IMG/VR virus record: IMGVR_UViG_3300042886_000142
Reading direction: 5' to 3' (one strand)
DNA from: an uncultured virus (IMG/VR IMGVR_UViG_3300042886_000142)
Taxonomy: Duplodnaviria > Heunggongvirae > Uroviricota > Caudoviricetes
Length of the DNA: 64,000 nucleotides
This document shows, in pieces, positions 27,424 to 42,000 of this stretch (within the stretch, counting starts at the first letter, position 1; each line of letters starts with the position of its first letter). The notes beneath the pieces are model-generated. The model did not search any database and was not told the origin of the DNA. It saw only the letters and a program-made list of their open reading frames with translations. A program made the translations under genes and the position numbers.

Positions 27424-30024
27424 ATGGCTTCATACACAGACACAGTTCCTAAGTTCAACCCCTACGTGAAACAATTACCTATTGAGGCAATGGCTGAAGT
27501 GGGTATGTACAAACAACAGAAGTACGACGAAGGAATACAGAAAATACAAACAAACATTGATAACATCGCTGGACTTGATGTTGTTAGAGATGTAGATAAA
27601 GCATATCTACAATCTAAACTTAACCAACTTGGTAATAACCTTACCACAGTTGCAGCTGGTGATTTCTCTAATTTTCAATTGGTTAATTCTGTTAATGGAA
27701 TGACTAATCAGATATCTAAAGATCCTAATGTATTAAATGCAATATCATCTGCTAAGACTTATAGAAAAGGATTAGAAGATATGGCTGCTGCTAATAAAGA
27801 TGGTAAAGGATCAGCATCTAACGATTGGTTGTTTAGAACTGATGCTAGTGGTTGGTTAGATAGTCAAGATGTAAAAAAATCTTTCAGTGGTGGATATAAG
27901 CCATATACTAATTACTCAAAGAATGCATTAGAGGTTATTAAATCATTAGCTAAGAATGAGACCAACAGAGATGTTGCTATTGAAACTGATGCCAATGGTA
28001 ACACTGTTGTATTAGATGCCATTACACGTACAAAGATTGCTGGTATAACTCCTGAGAGAATACAGTCAGCATTGATGGTAGGTCTTAGTCCTAATGACTT
28101 TCAACAAATGCAGATTGATGGTAGATACAATTATTCAAGTGCATCTCCTGAACAGTTTGTTTCTGATATAAATAAATCATATAAAACTGATTACGATAAA
28201 TATAAACAACAAAGAGATATATTAGCCAACTCTATAGATTCAACTAATTCAGTTCTTGTAAAAAGAAAACTGCAGGAACAAGTTGCTTCATTAGATAAAT
28301 CATTAAATGGTATATCCTCTGAGTATGGAAATATAACTAAGTCATTTGCTACTGGTGATGTAGAATCTGCTAAGGCTAGATTACATACTACCAAATGGAT
28401 GAATAACTTCTCACAAACATTTGCAAATCAAGAAACATCTCAGACATACGAAAGTAGTCCATTCCAACAAGTTAAACAGTTTAAAGAAACTAAGAAACAA
28501 GATTGGAACAAATTTATATTAGGTTATAACCAAGATGAAAGGTTTCATCAAGATGATGAGCATTGGAAATCAGAAGCTAATAAATTAGCTGTAAAAAAAG
28601 AAGCAAGAGAAGCTGCTGGAGAAGCAGGATATGGAGGAGTTCCTTTTTCTGTAGATCAATCTACACTTCCAGAAGTAACATTGGATAAACTTAGAACTGA
28701 TATAGCTGCTGATGAAATTAATATTGATAAAGCTGACACTGCTATAATGAAACAGTTTGGTAAAGCTGGCAATGCTGAATGGTTAGATCAACAATTAAAA
28801 GCATGGCAAAACTCTCCAGGATCTGTTGACCCTTTACTTGCAGCTCATTTTAATAGAACAGCAAGTACAAAAAGAGATATTTTAACTAACTCAGCTATGA
28901 TAACTGACATTAGTAAACAAGCTGATGATGCGTATGGTGAAGTGTATGATAATATTCCTGCTGGTTCTAAACCTGTAACTATTAATTTTCCTAGTGGTTC
29001 TTATACATACACACCTAGAGAAATGGTTGATTTTAATGATAAAGTTAAAAGATATCAAAAAGTTACTTCTGGTGGTTCATATGGTCCAGGTGGTGGTGCT
29101 CCTACAATATCTTATGATGATGCAAAAGCAAAGTCAGAACTTTCTGCTAAAGAATATTATTTATATAAAGCACAGAAAGAACAAAAAAGTCCTACGCAAA
29201 AAACACTTATGGACAATTTAAGATATTATAACACCAATGTAAATATGCCATTCCAAAAAACTATAAGAGATAAAAATGATTTTGTAGCAGGTGAAGTTAA
29301 ATCAAGAATAATGGCAATGCAAGGAGCAGAGTATGGAGTGGCATTAAATAATGAAGCACAAAAAACTTCATTTGGAAATGCTCTTCAGGGGATGGCAGAT
29401 CTTGCAGATAAACAAGGAGGAAAATTACCATATTCTCCAGAAATGAATACATCAACATTAAGAGAGATAGCAGCAGATGTTCAGAATGCAAATGTAAGAA
29501 TTGTTGAAGGAACTAGATATGCTCCTGCAACATATGAAATTACAGCAGCAACTAAAGGAGGAACTACACAAACGTTTAGAGTTCCTGCAGAAGTATATAG
29601 ATCTGTGTTTGGAAATAGATTTGAAGCTGATCCTGCTATACAAGCAGCTCGTCCTATATTAAATCAAATGATTAGAACAGGAGCTGGAACCACAGCTATT
29701 GATGGAGGAGTGACAACACCTGCAAATTCTTTCTTAGGAAATTTAGATTTTCCAAATAGACAATATTATGGAGTTTCAGGAAATGTTGTACAAGACCAAT
29801 CTAGTGGACTATATTCTGTTAGAATAAATTTAACTGACCCTATCACTAAAGAAATAGTAGTTAAAAATCTTGCTTATCCAAGCGGAGGACTTATTGAAGA
29901 AAATAAAATAGCTCCTGCTCTTCAAGGCTTAACAGATTCTAAAATATTTCAAATGATATATAATAGAAATCCAACAGCTAAAGAATTAGAATTAATAAAA
30001 CAAGGATCACAAAACCCACAATAA
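27424..30024 (+). CDS. Ejected/core virion protein
   Basis: 866 aa, FNPYVKQLP N-terminus and helical body; its stop overlaps the start of the RNAP gene. Confidence 0.6.
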   Translation: MASYTDTVPKFNPYVKQLPIEAMAEVGMYKQQKYDEGIQKIQTNIDNIAGLDVVRDVDKAYLQSKLNQLGNNLTTVAAGDFSNFQLVNSVNGMTNQISKDPNVLNAISSAKTYRKGLEDMAAANKDGKGSASNDWLFRTDASGWLDSQDVKKSFSGGYKPYTNYSKNALEVIKSLAKNETNRDVAIETDANGNTVVLDAITRTKIAGITPERIQSALMVGLSPNDFQQMQIDGRYNYSSASPEQFVSDINKSYKTDYDKYKQQRDILANSIDSTNSVLVKRKLQEQVASLDKSLNGISSEYGNITKSFATGDVESAKARLHTTKWMNNFSQTFANQETSQTYESSPFQQVKQFKETKKQDWNKFILGYNQDERFHQDDEHWKSEANKLAVKKEAREAAGEAGYGGVPFSVDQSTLPEVTLDKLRTDIAADEINIDKADTAIMKQFGKAGNAEWLDQQLKAWQNSPGSVDPLLAAHFNRTASTKRDILTNSAMITDISKQADDAYGEVYDNIPAGSKPVTINFPSGSYTYTPREMVDFNDKVKRYQKVTSGGSYGPGGGAPTISYDDAKAKSELSAKEYYLYKAQKEQKSPTQKTLMDNLRYYNTNVNMPFQKTIRDKNDFVAGEVKSRIMAMQGAEYGVALNNEAQKTSFGNALQGMADLADKQGGKLPYSPEMNTSTLREIAADVQNANVRIVEGTRYAPATYEITAATKGGTTQTFRVPAEVYRSVFGNRFEADPAIQAARPILNQMIRTGAGTTAIDGGVTTPANSFLGNLDFPNRQYYGVSGNVVQDQSSGLYSVRINLTDPITKEIVVKNLAYPSGGLIEENKIAPALQGLTDSKIFQMIYNRNPTAKELELIKQGSQNPQ

Positions 30025-33000
30025 TGGCAGAAAATAATCTAGAATCAAAAGACATTGCTCAAGCTGGAAAAGAACTAGGTCCTGTACCTACGCACTTAGA
30101 TGTTCAGACACCATTGTTGGATAGACTTGATCTTGAAAACCAATTTGGTGGATATGAGGCACCTAGTGCTCCATCACCTTTACCTACATATAGTAGTCCA
30201 GAGAATGTATATGAAGCTCCAACTATATTGTCTTCAGATAGACAAGAGGAAGGAGAATCTTTAAAATCACTTGAGAATTTCTTACTTACTAAAAGTGATA
30301 CTAAACCAGGAGGAAGTATAACTAGAACTCTTGCTGAAGTGTCATCTAATAGATATGATAACTTTGTTCCTGGAGATTATAATAATGAGGATGCATATGC
30401 ACAAGGACAAGGGTTTGGATCAAAGATGGTTAATGGTGTAGGTAAAGGACTTTTGCTTACTGGTACAACTTTCCTACAAGGTACAGTTGGACTTGTCAAT
30501 GGATTAGCTAGATGGGGATCAGATGGTAGATTTGCATCATTCTATGATAATGAATTTAATAGAAACTTAGATGATATAAATAAGAAAGCAGAAGATGCTC
30601 TTCCAAACTTCTATACAGATAGAGAAAAGAATGGCAAGTGGTATTCTCCTGATTACTTTATGACAGGTAACTTCTTATGGGATGGTATCGTTAAGAATAT
30701 GGGATTTGCTGCTGGTGCTTATTTAACTGGAGGAGTTTACTCAGCTGGATTAAAAGGACTTGCTTCACTTCCAGGTGCTTCAAGATTATTATCTATGGGT
30801 AGAGCAGCTGAGGCTGTTGCTGCATCAGAAGAAGCATTGATAGGACTTGATAAAGGTTCTGAAGCTTATGGTAAAATAAAAGCATTATCTGATTCATATT
30901 TAAAACAATATCAAATTCTTGACAAAGGACATAGAGCTGTTGTAGCTGGTTTGTCTACAAGTGGAGAAGCTGGATTTGAAGCATATCAGAATCTTAATGA
31001 TTTTAGAAATCAAAAGATAGAAGAATATAAAAATTTAAATGGTGGTGTAGCTCCACAAGGAGCAGATCTTGCAAAGATAAATGCATTAGCTGATGGTGTT
31101 GGTAACTCTTCGTTTGCAGCAAATGTTGCATTGCTTAGTGCTACTAACTACATTCAATTTCCAAAGATCTTAGGATCTTCTTACAGTGCTGAGAAAGGAA
31201 TAATGAATAATGTAACTAGAGAGATAGGAGACATTACAGAAGTTGCTGGTAAGTATGCTGCAAAAGAAGGTAAGAGTAAACTATTAAATACTTTCAATAC
31301 AGTTAGACCGTACCTATTCTCTACATCTGAAGGATTTGAAGAGGGAGCACAGTATGCAATACAGATGGGTGTTAAAGATTATTATAATAAAAAATATAAT
31401 AATGTTGCCACTGATTGGTTAGATGCTGTATCTACTGGTATTACTGAAACTGTTGGTACAGATGAAGGAGCTAAGAATATTCTTATTGGTGGATTGTCTG
31501 GTGCATTAATGATGGCCAAAGGTACATATAAACAAGGAAGAGAAGAATCTGCAAACACAGCTAAAGCTATTGAGCAATTCAATCAATTCAGATTATCGGA
31601 CTTTACAAAAGAAACAATTGATTCTGTTAATAGAGGAACTGTTCTTCAACAAGAAAGAGAAAAACTTTTGAAAGAAGGTAATATCTCTGATAGTAAAGAT
31701 AAAGAAACAGACTACATAATTAACTACCTAACTCCTCGTATTAAGTTTGGTAGATTTGATCTTGTAACCTCAGAGATTGCTGATTATAGAGCACTAGCTA
31801 GTTCAAAAACTGGATTTGATCAATTAGTTGAAGATGGGAAAGCTCTTCCTACAGATACAAGAGAAGCATACTTAGCTAGATTAAATAGCTTTGAACAAAC
31901 AGCTAATAATGTAAAATCATTATATCAATCTCTTAACTTACGCTATGGAGCAAAGGTTAATGCAGAGGGTAAACAATTGTACACTCCTGCTGTAGTTGAT
32001 AAAATGATATATGCTGCAACTAAGATTTCAGACTATGAACAAAGAATACCAGGTTTATCTACTAAGCTTATTACTAATGTTGATAATGTAAGTCAAATTC
32101 TTCAAGATGTTTCTGAAGGTAATCTAGATTCTTTCAATGGTGCTATGTCTAAACTTGAAGGAAGTAAACTTGTTAATAAAGAAGATTTAATTGAAGCATT
32201 AGATGATGCTGCATATATGACTATGAAGAGAGATATTCTATTAAAAGAATATGACTCAATGAAAAAGTCTCCTGAAAATTTTCAAGAACAAACACAATCA
32301 TTCGAAGAAATACAAGCAGACGCTGCATCTAAGGAAAAGATTAAAGTTAATACTAAGAATGGTGAAAGAGAAGTTGAGATAGGTACAGAGTATGTACTTG
32401 GAAAAGTGACTGAATACTCTGCAGGTGGTAGAGAAGTTTATCGTCAACCTAGACTTACTATATTAGCTAAGAATGAAGATGGTACTATCAAGATCAAAAC
32501 TTCTAATGGAGTTATCAAAGATATTAGTGAAGATGAGTTGAATAGTTATAGTCTTACGCCAGCTAGCAAGATGCTTACTGATAAGAAGTTTAACTACTTT
32601 GAGAAACATCAGAACACTGTTTTCCAACACTATGGTATTAAGAAAAAGAATGGTGATCCTGTACAAGGTAGATTAGAATACAATGACAAGAAAGGTAAGC
32701 TTACATTTGTATATGTAGATGAGAATGGTGAAGTGCAAAAAGAAGAAGTTTGGAATACATTGTTCAAAGCTCAAGGAGAGTATAAATATCCTATGATTAG
32801 ACGTCTTGGTAATCTTACTGCTGCACAAGATAAAGCTCAATTAGAATTTGAAAATACTGAGACTACTGTATCAGATAAACTTCAAACAAGAAATAGAATC
32901 ATTAGAGATCTTTATGAAACCAGTGTTAAACGTCTTGATGAAATAAACAAGAAGTTAAACAATAGTAAAGCATCTCTTGAGAAAGAACAATTACGTTTAG

Positions 33001-36000
33001 AAAATGAAATATCTAAAGAGAGTGTAACTAAAACAGGAGCATTACGTAAGAGACCTACTACCACTCTTAAACAATTAACTAATACGTTGGGTAACCTACG
33101 TAGTGTTGTTGAAAAAGAAAATAAAGCATTGTTATCAGAGAAACAAGAATTAGAAGCATCTATTCCTTATTTTAAAGAATTCTTAGATAGTCTTAGTACT
33201 CTTCCAGAAGCTGGAGCTAAGATGATTAAACAAATTAAAGATGACATCAATGCATTAGAAGAACTTATTGATATAACTAATGATGCAATTGTTGCAAGTG
33301 ATAAGTTATTAAAACAAATAGATGACTTGCTACAAAAAGCATTGTCTATATTTGATGACTATCTTACAAGATTAAAAGAAGAGAATCCTAACACTCCATT
33401 GTTTATTGAACAATTAAAAGAAAATATAGAAAAATATCTAGGTGAAGAAGGAGCAAGAATGTTTGTTGAAGATAGATTAGGATTCACTGAGAAAGTATTA
33501 GAATTAGAATCTGATATCAATGACTTTTCAGCTGAATTAAAAATTCCTGAATTGTCTAAGAAAGCAGATAGACTTGTTGAAGATATAAAAGAACTTAGAG
33601 AAGGACTTGATAATCTTATCAATGAGCAAATAGCAAAAGGTAAGATCTTGGATACATTCCAACAGTTTGCAGAAGATGAGAAAGCAAGAGAGGCTGAAGA
33701 AAAACAGATGCGTGACAATGAAGCATTAAAAAAATCTTTCCTTGGTACGCTTACTAATTCTGTACAAAACTTCTTTGGTACAAGACCATATGAAGCTGCT
33801 AGCAAAAAGACTGATCTTGGTGTAGTAGGTAGTACAAAACCAACTAAAGATGAAATTCCTCACCAAGAGAGAGTGAACTTCTTTGGTAATAAGATTGATT
33901 CATTTGAAAACAAAGATCAACTTAAAGGAGTGATTGTTACAGCTAATACTGAGAATGAAATAATTGCAGGACTTACAGAAGATTTTCTTAAAGATATGCC
34001 AGAGGGTCCTAAGAAAGATAAAGCTAGAGAAGAGATTATATTTCTTGTAATGGTGCAAGATAATAATGATAATAGTTTCTCTGTAGTGGATCAAACTGGA
34101 CAACCTATACTTGAAGATGAGAATAAAATAAACAATGCTATTTATCAAGTGTTTCCATCTGCTGATCTTATGGGAGAATACGATGGTGTAAAATCATCTA
34201 TGTTTAGAGAAGGTATCAATGATGTATTAAAAGAATCTCTAACAAATCAATATGTTGAATGGAGAGCTGAACAATTAGATAAACCAACATTAGGAGATGC
34301 ACAGTCTGTATCTGCTTCATTTGGTCAACCAAAACTTGTTACATATAAAGATCAAGCAGGAAATGATATTGTTGACAAAGGAGCAAGAACTTCTGCACAA
34401 GCTGCAGGACTTGTAACTCAATCAGGTCTTAGAAAAAATCCTATAGTAGAAGTTGCTGTTACTAATGAATCTGTATCTGAAGGATCTGTAACATTTGAAT
34501 CTCCTACAGGTAGAGTATTCTTAAGATTACCAGGAAGAGGACTAGCTAAATTATTCAATAGAAAGTTTAACGATAAAGAAGCTAATACAATATTTGATGT
34601 AATGCATCAAATCACAAAGAATGCTTTAAGGGATGGTGAGATAAATGATAGTTCTAAAGAATTATTCAATTGGTTAAAATCTGTAACCTATTGGGGTATA
34701 GCTAAGTATCCTGATGGAAAAAGAAAAGCTGCAGGTTATAACAACATTTGGTTTGAAAAAGATGGTGAAGGAGTTTTAAGACTATTCATGTCAGGATTAA
34801 ATAAAGATTCTAAGAAAGCATTTGAATTCACTCCTACAGGAATGCAGGACAATAAAGAAGCTATTGTAATGTTATTGAAAGAGATGTATAATAATACAGA
34901 CTCTGTAAAAGTTAATGGTGATGGTTGGAGTAATCCATATTATGAAATTACAAATATTGATAGTGAAGGAAATCCTGTAACAAGAGAATGGCCTAACTAC
35001 CAAACTTATTTATTATCAGATAAAGCTCCTGATGCTAATGGTAAACTATCTATAGATAGAACTAATAAAGAACTTCCATTAGCTACACAATTCAGACCTA
35101 TTACAGAAAGTCAACCTATCAATAGAGAAGGAATTTATTTTTCATTAGATGATTCAGGTTCAAGATTTAAAAAACCTCAACCAGTTGCTATAGTTGAACA
35201 GCCAGTTGTTGCACCAGCTGCAATCACTGTACCAGCAACTAAGGAATTTAATGATGATGGTGAAACACCAAATACAATAGTTCATGATACGTATGGTGAT
35301 ATAGTTTTCACTTTAGATAAAGAAGGTGAAGTAAAACTAGATCTAGAAGGATCAACTAATGCAATTGTTGAACTAGCAAAAAAGAAAACTGCTACTGGAT
35401 CATCACAAGAAGAAGCTGAAAACTGGGCTGGTGTAAATTTAGTTAAATCTATAAAGAGTAAACTAAGTGTACCTGCTGTAGTGACCACTGTTGAACCAGC
35501 AATTGAATTTAATAACACAACACCTGTTGTAATAAATAATGACTTAGGAACGATTGTATACACTGCTGATAAAGATGGTAAGGTTACATTAGATTTAGAA
35601 GAATCTGCGGATGCTATTATGAAATTAGCTGAAACTAAAGTGGGTCCAACAATGACTCAAGAAGAAGCAGAAAATTGGGCAGGAGTTAACTTAACTAAAT
35701 CTATTGAAAAGAAAATAGCTGGACAGTTAGTTCAACAACAAGTTCCAGTTCTTCCTCCAGTTGCTGATGTAGCTCCTATAATAGAAGCTCCTGTGCAAAC
35801 AGAAGAAATAATAGAAGAAGCTCCTAAAGCAATAGAAGAAGGAGATGTTGATTGGAATACACCTGCTAAACCTAAAGGTAAAAAGAAATTATACAGACTA
35901 CAAGTGTTAGATCAAGTTAGTAAAATAACAACAGAAGATTGGGCAAATGTAGAAAAGTTCATTGCTAAGGTGATGCCAAATATTCCTTTATACAGAGTGA

Positions 36001-39000
36001 AGAATATCATTCAAGCTACCAATGGTAGACAAGCTTATGGTATGCTTCATGATGCTGCTATATATGTATATGAAGGTGCTGAGGTTGGAACTGCTTACCA
36101 TGAGGTATTTGAAGCTGTGTGGAAAATGTTTGCTGGACCAGCTGAGAAACAACTTATTATTGATGAGTTTAGAAATAGAAAAGGAAGTTATGTAGATAGA
36201 TTTACAGGAGAAACTGTAGAATATTCTAAAGCAACTAATGAACAATTAAAAGAAGAACTTGCTGAAGAATTTAGAGAAGCTGTATTAGAAGGAAAATCTG
36301 TTGATAGATCTGAGAAGTATCAAGGTAAATCTTTAATAGGAAAACTATTTAATGATATGATTAACTTTATCAAAGAGTTTTTCTATGGTAAGAATGCTGC
36401 TGCTAATACACAAGCTCTATTTGATAGAATTGGTAATGGATACTATGCACAATACAATCCATTTGAAACAAAATTATCATATGCTAATAGTGGTATAATA
36501 GATATCAACCAAGTTACTGCTACAGATGAATCTGAGTATAGACTTAAAATTAAAAACATTCCTGCTAAACAAGTACATGACATTATTCAACAAATGACAT
36601 ACAGTACACTTTCTAATTTAGCTGAATCTAAAAAGAGTTTGTTTGAGGTACAAAAACCTAAGAGAGGTGAATTGTACAGTAGACTTAAAAGAGAAGTGTT
36701 AGAAGACTGTATAATAGCATCTAGAGATGAGTTATATGAATCTGTAGCTAGGAAAGAACAAACACTTGAGCAAATCACTCCACAGATAAATAACTTAAAA
36801 GATTTATTTGATAAAATCAAAGAAGAGTGGCCTGCTATTGTTGAGAAACATGAGGAGCATCTTAAGTCTTATTCTATTGAGTTTGATGAAAATGATGATC
36901 TTAATATAAATGATGAAGACAATTCTGGTAAAGGAGATTATGTAAATGCTAGACAAGTTGATTCTTTCAGAAAAGCTAACAGTGTAATCAAACTTTTATT
37001 AGCTACATTACCTAAAACTAAATTACTTAAAGGTGAGATAGTTCCAGAGGTTTCTACAATAGGTGGTGTTATGTTAATGCCTGCAGATCAAGCATTTATA
37101 ACATTGATGAATACATTACATTCTTCTGTGAACATAGATGATATGTTTAATAGATTGAGAACAATGGCTAAGGCTAATCCAAACTATGATGTATTGTACA
37201 GACGTTTAACTAATGATAGTGCTCTTGATAAGCCAATTAATTTTGATTCATTGCAACAACATGATTTACAATTAATGACAGCTTTCTGGAACTCTATGAA
37301 GAAACAGAATGCAGATGTTGTTACAGTGTTTGTACTTCCTTCTGGTGAAGTGGTAATTGGTAACTCTGCATTAAGTGGAGCTGCTAGACAAGCTAAACGT
37401 GAGATGTTAAATAATATCACTGAAGGAATTAGAACTGATAAGACTAACTATTTCTACTATGATAAAAAATCTAAAAAATATAATCCTAAAGAATTAGTAA
37501 AAAGAATTAGTTTTAACTCAGGTCAATTAGGACAGTATGTTGCATTCTTACAAGGAGTGGGTATAGACTTTAAACTATCTGATCTTGAAGATAAAACTAA
37601 AATAAATCCTGATCAACTTAGATTGTTCAGAAAAGCTGTAGAAGGAATTCAACAAAGTTTCTCTAATCTAGAAGATATTTCAACTCTTACAGCTAAGACA
37701 TTAAATATTGATAAACGTCTTACACAATTAGGAACAATAAAAGCTATACTTGAAAATCCTGATTTTGAAAGTACATATTTCAATATCAATGGAGAGCGTA
37801 CACAATCTTTTATTGGAACTAATTCTATTAGTGCTATGCATGATGTACTTTCTCAATTGACTAATATCAAACAATTAGGTGATACAGTTAAAGGATATGC
37901 TGCATACAATTATCTATTAACAGATAAATTTGCTAAAGGATCTGTGATGCTATCTAAAATGTTTGATCTTGCAGAAGATGGTGATGGTGGACGTGTAGCT
38001 GGTACAGAAGATCTTATGAAGCCTGTGTTTGTTGATGGAACAATTGATGAGCAAAATGGAAATAAGAAAGAGAGTTCTAAACTATCTGCTAAACAAAGAC
38101 TTGTTCAAGAAATGAATCTTAATTCAGGAGGTATATTCTTAAACCTTGTACCTGGAGATGCTTCTATTGAACATGCTATTAAAATGTATAATGATGATAG
38201 TCCTTTTGTTACAGATGAAGCATTCAGTAATGGTAAGTACTTAGATATATTTAGAGATTATTTTACATCTGAAGTGGAATTATCTAGAGATAAAAGAACA
38301 GTTGTTACAGGTAGATCTGCAACAGACCTTCGTTTCTTCAAAGCTATATTAGGAGATGCATTACATAATAAAATTATGTCTAAGACTAATTCTAAAAAAT
38401 CTTCAGAAAAAGTATATGAAGAAAACAAAAAAGAAATAGACAATGCTGTTAAAGCTTTCATTATTAAAGAAGCAGAAGACACAGAAGTTCTTCTTAGAAA
38501 CTATGGTATTGTAACTACAACTGCTGAAGGAATAGAAACTGAAGGATTGTTACTTACTGAGGACAAAGAAATTAGTCAAAAAGAATTAGCTGATAAATTA
38601 AAAGTGTTATCAGTTAACTATATGATAGCTAATATTGAAATGCATAAACTTATTTATTCTGATCCTTATCAGTATTCAGATGAGTTGAAACGTATTAAAA
38701 ACTTTAACTCTCCTAGACAAGCATTGTTATATGGATCTATTAAAGTTAATGCTGCATTGAATAATAAATACAATGAAGGATATGAAATAGATGATATAGG
38801 ATATACAGACATGAACGTAGATCATTTTGTATCTACTGTAATGGAAGATGTGTTCTCTACAGATGAGCTTGATGAATATCTTAAACCATATGAAGAAACA
38901 GATGGTGGTGGATATATTACAGCAAAAGCTAATCGTGTATTTGCTCTTCGTTCTGGTCAATGGAATGATAGTAAAGAACAACAATACAGATATGATGTTG

Positions 39001-42000
39001 CTTATGAAAAGACTGTAAAAGGAATTCCTCTTACAGCTGAAGAGAAAGCATTTGGTATTAAAAAGGTTACTAGAGCATCTGGTGAAGAAGTTTATGTTGG
39101 AAAGAATCCTAACATGAAAAGTTTCTACACTCCTATTAAACCTATTGTATCAGGAAATAAAAATGATGGTAAAGATTACAATGATATTGTATTAGATAAG
39201 TTTGCATTAGTTCCACTTTCATTTAGAATACTACATGAAATGAATCCTGAGTCAAATGCTATCAAGATGTATAATAAAATGCAAAGAGAGAATGTTGACT
39301 ATGCTGTTTATGGAACAGGTAGAAAGGTAGGTACTGGTATAGCTACTCCTTTATATCTTCCTTCAGGAGAATTTAACGAAGCTTCATTTGATGAATTAAA
39401 TAATATTCCATTCTCTATAATGGGTGTACAAACTGAGGTGCCTTCTAAAGACACTCCATTAGTAACACAAGGATCACAGATTACAAAACTTGCTACAATG
39501 GACTTCTTAGAAGCTGGTGTGCCAATTGATTTTGAAATTAAAGATGCTAAAGGAAATATTATTACAGACTTCAATGAACGTTTTGCTAAATGGACTTCTT
39601 TTAAAACAGAAGCAGAAAAAGAGAAAGTTTCTCTATTATATAAAGAGATTGCTAACAATCAAAAATTATTAGAAGCTAAAATAGAACAAGGGTACAAAAC
39701 TTTATTGAAGAAACTTGGTATTACACAAGGTGTTAATAAAAAAGGTGAACCTACTTTTACTATATTAAATAAAGACAAACTGGTTAATACATTAAGAGAT
39801 GAAATCTTGAAGAGAGAAGTGAATGATAATATCATTGATGCTCTTGAAGGATTTAAAGATGGAGATGTTGTGCTAGAAGCTACACCTGCATATCAACAAA
39901 TCAGAAACATTCTATATTCTATAGCTGATAAAAATGTTGTACGTCCTAAAATATCTGGTGGTCAAAAAGTACAGATTTCTTCCACATTATTTGAATCTAC
40001 TCGTATTGAAGGAAAAGAATTTAAAGATAAGAATGGAGTTACTAAATACCGTTATTTATCTGACATTCTTAACTTCTATAAGAATGAAGATGGTAAACGT
40101 GTATGTGAGATAATGGTAGCTAGATGGTTTGATAATGCTCAAACTAAAAAGATGACTGATACAGAGCTTCTTAATTATTTAAATAATACAAAAGAAGGAA
40201 AAAGTATATTAGCTGGTATTGGGTATCGTATCCCTACACAGAAACAAAACTCTATTGATAGCTTTGTTATCAAACAATTCTTACCAAAAGATTTTGGTGA
40301 TAGTGTTGTTATTCCTTCAGCTCTTGTTAAAAAGGTTGGATCGGATTTTGATATTGATAAGTTGTCAATCTATTTAAAGAATACATTCACTAATAAACAA
40401 GGTGACCTTACAAATATTCCTTATTTTGGAATTGGACAACAAGCCATTGATAAGTTTATCAAAATGTATGATGATGGTGAATTAAATGGTTACATTAATT
40501 CTAAAAAAGATGCTTTGCCAGTTGGAGAAGCTGAAGATAGATTAATGGAAAGTATGTTTGCTGAAAATTACTCTATTCAGAAAGATGATATTATAAATGA
40601 GTTATATCAAAAATCTCTTGAGAATGCATACATTCAATCATTGCAAAACTTAGTTAGTCATGAATTAAACTTTGATAACTTAGTTAAGCCTAACTCTGCA
40701 GATGAGATGAAAGATCTTTCTATTGACATTAATAAAGAGATGGGTAATCCAGAGATTGACTATGGTGCTGTAGGTAATATGTTAAGTAGAGGATTTATGT
40801 CTTCTCTAAGACAAGCATTTGTATCTGGTAAGTATGCAATTGGTATTGCTGCAACTGGTCAAACTAACCATGCAGATAATCAACGTACTGCAACATATAT
40901 TGACTTTGATAAATTAAAAGATGTAGATCCTGTAGATAGAGAAATCTTAGGAGGTAATCCAAAATCAAATATATTTGCTAGAGATCCAAATGTTAATTTT
41001 GAAGCTTACAACTCTATTGTTATTGATGGTGTAAATAGACCTACATTAGCAATGGTTAAAAACCAAGCTGGTAAATATATATCCGATATTATTGGACAAT
41101 TCATTGATGGATATGTGGATATCTCTAAAGGTCCTTGGATCATGAGACTTGGTGCTACACCAAATGTAACATCATCATGGTTATTCTTAATCAAATTAGG
41201 TGTACCTGCTGATACTGTTGCATATTTTATGAACCAACCTATTGTTAAAGATTACTTACGTACATTAGAGAACAAAGGATATACATGGTTATTCAATGAT
41301 CGTATAATGATAGATACATTAGATGTATACTCTTCAGGTATTCCTTTGAATCAACAGCCTACTATTTCTGGTATTCCTTCTGAAGAAGAGTTGTTCAAGA
41401 TGCTTAAGTATAACAAAGTAGGTATAAAAACTCAAATGAGTGACATACAAAAACTTCAACAACAATACATACTAAAAGAATTCATAAAGTATTCTAAAAT
41501 GTCTTCTCAGTTGTTTGATGTAGTACAAGGTTCTAATATAGATACTGCTACAATCAATGATCCATATTTAGTATTCAAAAAAATGCTTCAATTAGAGAAG
41601 GCTAGAAAGTCTATCATCTCTTCTGTGGATAATTTATTGAATAGTTCATTTAAAGGAGTTCTTAAGAATACTATATTCAATGTAAGAGATGCATTCGCTG
41701 AGATTCTTATATCTGATAAACCTAATGTAAGAACTGTAATGCAAGATGTCCTAACACCATATGTAAAATTAAGTGATAGAGACTTTGTTAAAGTGAGTCA
41801 GAAAGCAGTGAATGATCTATTTGATTGGGCTGTACAAACTAACACAGGAGTTAATGTTAATATATCAAATATATTATTGGGTAAAGATGATAAGAAAAGT
41901 GCTGCTCAACAAATTATAGATTTCAAAGATTCTATTCTAGGAAATAAATATAAAGGCATTAGTGCAAAACCTGAGCATCCATTATTTGATAATATCATTC

